The position numbers were made by a program, and so were the translations under genes. Of a stretch of 64,000 bases of DNA, positions 57,549-64,000 are shown one piece after another (within the stretch, counting starts at the first letter, position 1; each line of letters starts with the position of its first letter). Below the pieces are notes generated by a model. It searched no databases and was not told the DNA's origin. It was given only the letters and a program-made list of their open reading frames with translations. The stretch is from an uncultured Gammaproteobacteria bacterium. Lineage in GTDB: Bacteria > Pseudomonadota > Gammaproteobacteria > Arenicellales > JAANXG01. The stretch is taken from positions 24,503-88,502 of the forward strand of contig CAMYKK010000003.1 of assembly GCA_947258975.1 (NCBI GenBank). Reading direction: 5' to 3'.

Positions 57549-58850
57549 GTGACCTTTTTGTACACACCCGTTCTCTACCTGTTTTTGCCGATTCTGTTGA
57601 TCCGGCTGCTTTGGCGTGGCTTTAAAAATCCCGACTATTGGCACCGTTGGAGCGAACGATTTGGGTTCATCGAGCGATTGCCGCAACCGGTGGATGTCTG
57701 GGTGCATGCGGTATCTGTGGGAGAGGTACGGGCCGCCGAGCCGATGGTGAATGCGCTGCTTGAAAACGCGAAATCGATTTCCGTGTTGGTGACCACGATG
57801 ACACCCACCGGCTCTGCTCAGGTTCGTCAATGTTTCGGGGAGCGGGTGTCCCATTGTTATGTCCCCTATGACTACCCGGCGGCGGTGAATCGGTTTATCG
57901 ATAAGACGCGGCCGCGTCTGGCTGTGTTCATGGAGACCGAGATGTGGCCTAACATTATTCGTCTCTGTTCACGGCGAGCAATACCCTTGTTATTCGCTAA
58001 CGTGCGCTTGTCCGAAAAATCGTTTTATCGATACCAGCGAGTGGTGGGATTCATGGGTCCGATCTTGCGCTTGGCTTCCGGATTCGCGGCGCAAACCCAT
58101 GCCGATGCCGAGCGTTTGAAGCGATTGGGCGCGCGTGAGGAATCAGTGCGTGTTACCGGCAGCATTAAATTCGATGTTAAATTGCCCGCGAGCTTGATAG
58201 AGGTGGCCAAGGTGTTGCGTCGTGAGTGGGGGTCGGATCGACTGGTGTGGATCGCCGCAAGCACCCATGAAGGCGAGGAAGAGAGCATATTGGCAGTGTT
58301 CTCGGAGCTGAAGAAACATCATCCCAAGCTGCTACTTGTCATTGTGCCGCGTCATCCTGAACGCTTCGCTGCCGTAGCGCGGTTATGCCGCCGTGCCGGA
58401 TATAAGACGATGTTGCGCAGCCAACAGACCGACTCGGTTGGCGCTGACGTAGATGTATTCATCGGTGACTCGATGGGTGAGTTGCCGCTGTTTTACGCGG
58501 CATCGGACATCGCTTTCGTGGGGGGCAGCTTGGTGCCCGTGGGTGGGCACAATGTCCTGGAACCGTGTGCACTCGGATTACCAGTTGTGTTTGGACCGCA
58601 CATGTTCAATTTTCAGCAGATTAGCGAGCACACATTGCAGCAAGACGCCGGTATGCAGGTAGTCGATCAAGGAGAACTAATGGCGGCTGTTGATCGTTAT
58701 CTTGTTGATCCGAACTTGCGATTCAAAACCGGCGAAGCGGGTAAAGCATTTGTCGCCGAGAATCGGGGCGCGCTGCAGAAAACGCTCAACCTGTTGGAAC
58801 ACTACGTTCCGGGTCTGAACAGCATCGAGACAGAACACGGCCCGCTGTGA
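57549..58850 (+). CDS. waaA: 3-deoxy-D-manno-octulosonic acid (Kdo) transferase
   Basis: The N-terminus (M)TFLYTPVLYLFLPILLIRLLWRG parallels E. coli WaaA. ..HAVSVGE.. motif. GTG start. Confidence 0.92.
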   Translation: MTFLYTPVLYLFLPILLIRLLWRGFKNPDYWHRWSERFGFIERLPQPVDVWVHAVSVGEVRAAEPMVNALLENAKSISVLVTTMTPTGSAQVRQCFGERVSHCYVPYDYPAAVNRFIDKTRPRLAVFMETEMWPNIIRLCSRRAIPLLFANVRLSEKSFYRYQRVVGFMGPILRLASGFAAQTHADAERLKRLGAREESVRVTGSIKFDVKLPASLIEVAKVLRREWGSDRLVWIAASTHEGEEESILAVFSELKKHHPKLLLVIVPRHPERFAAVARLCRRAGYKTMLRSQQTDSVGADVDVFIGDSMGELPLFYAASDIAFVGGSLVPVGGHNVLEPCALGLPVVFGPHMFNFQQISEHTLQQDAGMQVVDQGELMAAVDRYLVDPNLRFKTGEAGKAFVAENRGALQKTLNLLEHYVPGLNSIETEHGPL

Positions 58851-58859
58851 TTTAACTGC

Positions 58860-59651
58860 ATGCGACCACTCAGCTCGTTGCCAATAGACCTTCGCAGGCG
58901 CATCCGCGGCGTGCTGTTCGATATCGATGATACGCTGACAAGCAACGGTCAGTTGACGGCTGAGTCTTATAGTGCCATGGAGCGGCTGCAGAGAAGAAAA
59001 TTTATTGTGATACCGATCACCGGTCGACCAGCCGGTTGGTGTGATCATATCGCGCGCATGTGGCCGGTGGATGCGGTGGTAGGTGAGAATGGATCGTTCT
59101 ATTTTCGGTATAACCATGCTGATCGAAGATTGGACAAACGATTTTCTGTTGACGACAAACATCGGTCCGAGAACCGACGGCGATTGGAAGAGTTGGGAAA
59201 TCTGATCTTGTCGAAAGTTCCCGGCTGCGCGCTCGCCTCCGAGCAGCAATATCGGGAGTCAGACCTTGCGATTGACTATTGCGAAGACGTTACACCGCTG
59301 AATGCAACCGACGTCGAGAACATTGTTGCGCTTTTTTATCGGGCAGGCGCAAACGCCAAGGTCAGTTCCATTCATGTCAACGGCTGGTTTGGCGATTACG
59401 ATAAGCTCTCGATGACCCGCAGGTTGATGCGCGAATGTTTTGGGGTCGATCTGGATGCGCAGCGCGAGCAGTATTTGTTTGTGGGGGATTCGCCCAACGA
59501 CGCACCGATGTTCGCGTATTTTTCTAATAGTGTCGGCGTCGCGAATGTCGCAGATTTTGGCGGCCGGATTTCTCAATTGCCGACTTATGTCACCAGGGAA
59601 CGTTGCGGCGCTGGATTTGTGGAAGTGGTGGACAGCTTGCTATCGGTTTGA
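58860..59651 (+). CDS. HAD-IIB family hydrolase (sugar-phosphate phosphatase-like)
   Basis: Motif I VLFDIDDTL, motif II ITGRP, and a C-terminal GDSPNDAPMF. Confidence 0.75.
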   Translation: MRPLSSLPIDLRRRIRGVLFDIDDTLTSNGQLTAESYSAMERLQRRKFIVIPITGRPAGWCDHIARMWPVDAVVGENGSFYFRYNHADRRLDKRFSVDDKHRSENRRRLEELGNLILSKVPGCALASEQQYRESDLAIDYCEDVTPLNATDVENIVALFYRAGANAKVSSIHVNGWFGDYDKLSMTRRLMRECFGVDLDAQREQYLFVGDSPNDAPMFAYFSNSVGVANVADFGGRISQLPTYVTRERCGAGFVEVVDSLLSV

Positions 59652-59718
59652 GCTTCTCACCGGCCCCGGGATCCTTGGCGCAATATCCGGATCAGCGCGC
59701 TGTGCGGGCCTATCGATA

Positions 59719-60531
59719 TTAGGTGATTCGCTTGCGTACCGTGGCCGATACGAGTTCGCTGATCAGTACGATGCCGAAGACCGCGATCAACATCACCGAC
59801 ACTTCGTGCCATGCGAACTGATTGATCGACGAATAGAGCATGATGCCAATGCCGCCCGCGCCCACGAAGCCCAGTACCGTAGACTCTCGAATGTTGATAT
59901 CCCACCGGTAAACTATGGTGCCGTAAATCACCGGCAGCACTTGGGGTATCACACCGATGAGCAACACCTGTAGTCGTGAGGCACCGGTGGCCTCGATGGC
60001 CTCAGTGGTACCGCGATCGATTTCTTCAATGGACTCGGCAATCAATTTTCCAACGAAGCCGATGGATCGTGCGGCTATGGACCAGATCCCCGCCATCGGT
60101 CCGGGGCCGAAGATCGCGACAAAGATCAATCCCCACACTACGGTGTTCACCGAACGTGACGTAACCAGAATGAATCTGCCGATCAACCACGTGGCTGCGT
60201 TAGGCGTCGTATTGCGAGCAGAAATAAACGCGATCGGCAGGGCGACAAATACCGTTATCGCCGTGCCCAGCGTGGCGATGTGAATGGTTTCGATAAGCGG
60301 CCCGGTGATATCGGCAAAAAATTCCCAATACGGGGGGACCATGCGTGTTACCAGATCAGCCGCTTGTTCGTGGGCATCTAGAAAATAGAACCAGGGAATT
60401 TCTAAACGCTTGAGGGACCAAGCCGCAACAAAGATGATGCCGATGAACCATGCGTAGCGAACCAGCGTTTCTCTGGGCGTGAATCGCTTCCATACTTCCG
60501 GATATTTACGAGCGTGCTCTTCGCGCGTCAT
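59719..60531 (-). CDS. phnE: Phosphonate-type ABC transporter permease
   Basis: PhnE-like permease. The ATG at 60531 overlaps the upstream stop (ATGA). Confidence 0.85.
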   Translation of the reverse strand: MTREEHARKYPEVWKRFTPRETLVRYAWFIGIIFVAAWSLKRLEIPWFYFLDAHEQAADLVTRMVPPYWEFFADITGPLIETIHIATLGTAITVFVALPIAFISARNTTPNAATWLIGRFILVTSRSVNTVVWGLIFVAIFGPGPMAGIWSIAARSIGFVGKLIAESIEEIDRGTTEAIEATGASRLQVLLIGVIPQVLPVIYGTIVYRWDINIRESTVLGFVGAGGIGIMLYSSINQFAWHEVSVMLIAVFGIVLISELVSATVRKRIT

Positions 60532-61337
60532 CGCAACTTCTCCCGCACCCAATTACTGAAAAACTCACCGACGAACACCAGCGCCACGATGGTGAGCAGG
60601 ATCGCGAGACTGAAGTCATAGTCGTAGCGGGAGAAGCTTGCCGCCAGCACCTGCCCGACCCCTCCGGCGCCGACGATGCCGACTACGGTGGAGTGGCGGA
60701 TGTTGGCATCGAGGCGGTAGATGGAGACACCTAGATAGCGTGGCAACATCTGTGGTTGCACCGCGTATAACAACATCTTGGGAAAACTGGCGCCGGTGGC
60801 CTTGATCGCTTCTAGCTGACCCGGCGGCATGTTCTCGATGTCCTCGGCCAGCATTTTGCCGATAAAACTCATGCTCGCGACCACCAGGGTGAGCACACCG
60901 GCGAGCGGCCCAAAACCAAAGATCTTGACGAAGAAGATGGCAATGATCACTTCGTGGAAGGTTCGGCTAATACCGAGCAGGGCGCGGCCGACCAGATATA
61001 CGGGCAAAGGAACCAGGTTGCGCGCGGCAATCAACCCGAGCGGAATCGACAACAGCATGCCGAACACACTAGCGGCCAGGGCCATCTGTACACTTTCCCG
61101 GACCCCCTTGTAGAGCAATTCCCAACGGCTGAAGTCCGGCGGGAACATGCGCGCGAACATATCGGCGGCCCGCGGCAGGCCCTGCCCCGCCCGGGTCCAG
61201 TCGATATTCAAGGACACCATCGGCAGCAATCCGGGGGTGAGTGAGCACACTAAGTAAACGACCACCAGGAACAGCAATCCATAGCGAGCCCATGGATTGA
61301 CGATCAGCTTTGGTGGGCGCCAGACCCCTGCGCTCAT
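60528..61337 (-). CDS. phnE: Phosphonate-type ABC transporter permease
   Basis: Second PhnE paralogue. The start overlaps the phnC stop. Confidence 0.85.
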   Translation of the reverse strand: MSAGVWRPPKLIVNPWARYGLLFLVVVYLVCSLTPGLLPMVSLNIDWTRAGQGLPRAADMFARMFPPDFSRWELLYKGVRESVQMALAASVFGMLLSIPLGLIAARNLVPLPVYLVGRALLGISRTFHEVIIAIFFVKIFGFGPLAGVLTLVVASMSFIGKMLAEDIENMPPGQLEAIKATGASFPKMLLYAVQPQMLPRYLGVSIYRLDANIRHSTVVGIVGAGGVGQVLAASFSRYDYDFSLAILLTIVALVFVGEFFSNWVREKLR

Positions 61338-62158
61338 CCGGCCGCCGATTCTCGTTCAAGCGTACCGCGATCCTTGCCGCCGCTCCGGTCCGCGACCGGA
61401 TTTTGAATTGTCTTGCTCCAGTCTTCCTCACCGTATATGTCGCTCAATACCGCGGGTGTGAGTTCATCGGCGGCGCCATCGAATGCAATCACGCCACCAG
61501 CGAGCCCCACGATCCGATCGGCAAAACCCTGCGCGAGGTTGACGTCATGGATGTTGACCACAGCCGGGGTGCCTTGTTCATGAGCGAGTTCGCACAATAA
61601 CCGCATGATCTGCCGCGCCGTCTTGGGGTCGAGACTGGCGGTGGGTTCGTCCACCAGCAGCAGATCCGGCTGCTGCATCAGCGCGCGCGCGATACCTACG
61701 CGTTGCCGTTGACCGCCCGATAGCGCGTCGGCACGAGTGTTGTGATAACCATCGAGGCCGACGCGTTTTAATAACTCGAATGCGCGGGAGATATCCTGCG
61801 GTGGATACTTGCGGCGATAGGCCTGCCAAAAGCTGACATAACCGAGACGTCCCGACAGCACGTTTTCCATCACCGTCAGCCGCTCGACCAGGTTGTATTC
61901 CTGAAAGATCATCCCCATCCGGCGGCGGGCCCGGCGAAGGGCGCGGCGTGACAAAGCAGTGACGTCGGTCTCGTTGAGCGTGACGCGCCCGGAGGTCGGT
62001 TCGACGAGACGGTTGATACATCGAATCAATGTGCTCTTGCCGGCTCCAGACGAGCCGATGACCGCTACGACTTGCGGTTGATCGATCTGCAGATTCACGC
62101 CGCCCAGGGCCTGTTCGCCGCTGGGATAGACCTTGACTAGATCCGTGATCGAAAGCAT
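61334..62158 (-). CDS. phnC: Phosphonate-type ABC transporter ATP-binding protein
   Basis: Walker [36 protein letters not shown]. PhnC-like N-terminus [12 protein letters not shown]. Confidence 0.9.
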   Translation of the reverse strand: MLSITDLVKVYPSGEQALGGVNLQIDQPQVVAVIGSSGAGKSTLIRCINRLVEPTSGRVTLNETDVTALSRRALRRARRRMGMIFQEYNLVERLTVMENVLSGRLGYVSFWQAYRRKYPPQDISRAFELLKRVGLDGYHNTRADALSGGQRQRVGIARALMQQPDLLLVDEPTASLDPKTARQIMRLLCELAHEQGTPAVVNIHDVNLAQGFADRIVGLAGGVIAFDGAADELTPAVLSDIYGEEDWSKTIQNPVADRSGGKDRGTLERESAAG

Positions 62159-62170
62159 AGGAAGGAGTGG

Positions 62171-62194
62171 GGCGGCGACCCGGGGGACGCCGCC
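62171..62194 (-). other. Intercistronic hairpin between phnD and phnC
   Basis: GGCGGCG, a 10-nt loop, then CGCCGCC, located 9 nt downstream of the phnD stop. Confidence 0.4.
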
Positions 62195-62202
62195 GTTGGC
62201 AA

Positions 62203-63246
62203 TCAGCCGCTCTTTTTCTTTTTCTTCTTTTTTACTTTCAGAGCCTTGAGACTCTCCTGGTTATAGGCTATGCCGTTGTGTTTCTGGATCGTGCGGATCA
62301 CACTCCAATGCTCTTTGTAGTTGATGGGGCTGAACTTGTCCCACGCGTTGCTGCGCCCGAATTCCTCCTCCAGACCGGTGCCCGACCAATTGAAACTGAT
62401 AAAAGCATCTCGTATCTTGTTTTGGAGGTTGGGATCTAGGTTGTTGGCCATGCCATAGGAGGTGGTCGGGAAAGGATCCGACTCCCAAATAATACGAAGA
62501 TCTCCGCGATTAACGATACCCTTCTCCGCCATTCTGTCGAGCACAGTAGATGCGATAGGTGCCGCATCGTAATCCTTGTTGGCAACACCCATGATTGAGT
62601 TATCGTGCTTGCCCGAATACGAGACTTTATAGTCCTCATCCGGGGTCACACCCATCGCTTTGAATAGGGCTCGGGGTGCTTGATTGCCGGAATTAGACGA
62701 TGGTGTGACGTGGGCAATCTTGCGGCCCTTCATATCTTTTACTTCCTTGATATCGCTATCCTTGTGAGTAATCAACTGCAGCTTATAGCCATACCCCTTG
62801 GGCCCATCCATGATGGCGAACGGCACATAGCCAGCGAGGTTGACACCAAACGGGGTGGGACCGGTGGATATCCCTGCTACGTGCAGACGGCCCGAGCGCA
62901 TTGCCTCCACTTGCGCTGCATAGGACTCGGCGCCGTACCATTTGACCTGCTTTCCGGTTTTTTTTGCGAGGTAGTCCATGAATTCTGTGAACACATTCTC
63001 ATAGACCGACGGGTCCTCTACCGGGGTATAAGAGAATATCAATACATCAGGATCCAACCATTGACTCGATTCCTTGGGGGTATCGGCGACGAGATCGCCG
63101 TTGTCATCGCAATAGCGAACATCGAGGTCGCCTCGGTTCTGGCATTTCTCGGCCATTGCGCTGTGCGGCAGAAATATCGATGCGGTGAACAAAATAGACA
63201 AAAACGTAGGTATTAGGGATCTGAGCATGATTCTCCTCCGTATCAT
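62203..63246 (-). CDS. phnD: Phosphonate/phosphite-type ABC transporter substrate-binding protein with a C-terminal poly-lysine tail
   Basis: Signal peptide and a PhnD-family fold (..[25 protein letters not shown]..). Ends ..[15 protein letters not shown]. Confidence 0.85.
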   Translation of the reverse strand: MIRRRIMLRSLIPTFLSILFTASIFLPHSAMAEKCQNRGDLDVRYCDDNGDLVADTPKESSQWLDPDVLIFSYTPVEDPSVYENVFTEFMDYLAKKTGKQVKWYGAESYAAQVEAMRSGRLHVAGISTGPTPFGVNLAGYVPFAIMDGPKGYGYKLQLITHKDSDIKEVKDMKGRKIAHVTPSSNSGNQAPRALFKAMGVTPDEDYKVSYSGKHDNSIMGVANKDYDAAPIASTVLDRMAEKGIVNRGDLRIIWESDPFPTTSYGMANNLDPNLQNKIRDAFISFNWSGTGLEEEFGRSNAWDKFSPINYKEHWSVIRTIQKHNGIAYNQESLKALKVKKKKKKKSG

Positions 63247-63391
63247 CCTTCGTTGGTGTTACATATTCAGCGACCGATCGGGTTGACACCGATCGAATCT
63301 TTATGACTGTATGCTTGTTGCCATGGCCGTGCAACCACAAACAGGCCGGCATGGTTCCGCCGCGGCGTTGCGGCGGTACTCATCGTGCACC

Positions 63392-63856
63392 TTAATGCAC
63401 CGTTACCTCTGCGTCTGTCTCCTCGTCCTCGGGTTGTTTCTGTTGCAGGTTGAGAAGTGTCTCCGGGGTGGGTGACGCATGATGCAGTATTATTCGCCAA
63501 CCCTTGTTGGTGCGTCGATAGACGTTGGTGGCGTGAATGGTAAATTGCGGTTCTTTGTCGTTGGCGAGATAGATGTTTTCGTTGACGTAACGAATGGCGA
63601 TTGAGTCGCCGTCTATCCGGCGCTGCTCGGTGAGCCGAAACCGCATCGGCGGCGAGTTCTGCAGAATTTGTGTCCAGCTTTCGCGTATCTGCGTCAAACC
63701 TTCCAAGCGCGGACCCTGAGGATGAATACAAACGATGTCGTCTTCGTCGGACCAAACCGCCATCATGGCCGTGAGATCGTGAGCTTGAAACGCACGGTAA
63801 AATTCGCTCTCGGCCTGATCCGCGCTCGCGAAGTTCGACGGCTCTATTGCAGCCAT
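63392..63856 (-). CDS. NTF2/SnoaL-like (DUF4440-type) protein
   Basis: ..AESEFYRAFQAHDLTAMMAVWSDEDDIVCIHPQGPRLEG..IRESW.. The start at 63856 (MAAIEPS) overlaps the tolC 3' end by 13 nt. Confidence 0.65.
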   Translation of the reverse strand: MAAIEPSNFASADQAESEFYRAFQAHDLTAMMAVWSDEDDIVCIHPQGPRLEGLTQIRESWTQILQNSPPMRFRLTEQRRIDGDSIAIRYVNENIYLANDKEPQFTIHATNVYRRTNKGWRIILHHASPTPETLLNLQQKQPEDEETDAEVTVH

Positions 63857-64000
63857 GTGCCGGCTCTCCGCAGGTCGTCTTCGGTCAGTGTCCCGACTAC
63901 TTGCTTCAACCGCAGCCAATTCAAGATGTAATCGTAACGTGCCTTGAGATAGTCGCGCCGGGCTTCGAACAGGTCGCGCTGTGCATCGAGAACCTCCAGG
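63844..64000 (-). CDS. tolC: TolC-family outer membrane channel, C-terminal fragment (5' part outside the window); not in the ORF track
   Basis: Hand translation of the minus strand from 63999 gives LEVLDAQRDLFEARRDYLKARYDYILNWLRLKQVVGTLTEDDLRRAGTWLQ*, the typical TolC/OMF C-terminal helix motif (..ARYDY..N.L.LK...G.L...DL..). Confidence 0.7.
   Translation of the reverse strand, partial: LEVLDAQRDLFEARRDYLKARYDYILNWLRLKQVVGTLTEDDLRRAGTWLQ

Noticed and set aside
62167-62439. 90-aa + strand ORF antisense to phnD, preceded by AGGAAGGAG
   Set aside because: The SD-like string abuts the GTG with no spacer. The peptide is low-complexity and lies wholly inside the well-supported phnD gene.
63247-63391. 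Pho box upstream of phnD
   Set aside because: Only one reasonable half site (CAGTCAT, 6/7) is present. The second direct repeat at the required 11-bp phase (ATTCGAT) matches 3/7. This is too weak to call.

Overview
The window reads as core chromosome of a fairly GC-rich, Gammaproteobacteria-like organism. GC was judged by eye and taxonomy was not verified. About 65 protein genes fall into housekeeping blocks whose order matches Pseudomonas/E. coli: polA ... engB-cc4; hemL-thiE-thiD; rpmE-rho-trxA/rhlB; glnE-ilvE-waaF-waaC-(galE)-waaG/P; aapJQMP; groES-groEL-fxsA; cutA-dsbD; aroQ-accB-accC-prmA-DUF3426-dusB-fis-purH-purD-purE; tsaC-hemF-waaA; phnDCEE; and a tolC 3' fragment. I saw no rRNA, tRNA, CRISPR array, IS/transposase, integrase, prophage or recognisable defence genes. 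I cannot honestly point to an obvious novel multi-gene system. The observations most worth a second look are: (1) four consecutive hairpins ending in a + strand intrinsic terminator beside engB, at the position where spf/Spot 42 (E. coli) and ErsA (Pseudomonas) lie, which makes it a candidate sRNA; (2) a 29-bp inverted repeat (27/29) bracketing rpmE, with each arm starting at the TAG stop of the flanking gene; (3) an ATGA-coupled three-gene operon of membrane protein, small secreted 4-Cys protein and HDAC-family deacetylase; (4) an uninterrupted WaaG-WaaP fusion ORF; (5) DsbD with a tandemly duplicated N-terminal domain; (6) a dispersed composite intergenic repeat family (MITE/REP-like) whose hairpin module doubles as terminators; (7) a rubredoxin gene below the ORF-track length cutoff; (8) a perfect CIRCE operator on a strong sigma70-type groES promoter. 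Several long track ORFs were trimmed to internal starts, supported by start/stop ATGA overlaps or Shine-Dalgarno motifs. Many long antisense ORFs are GC-driven shadow ORFs.
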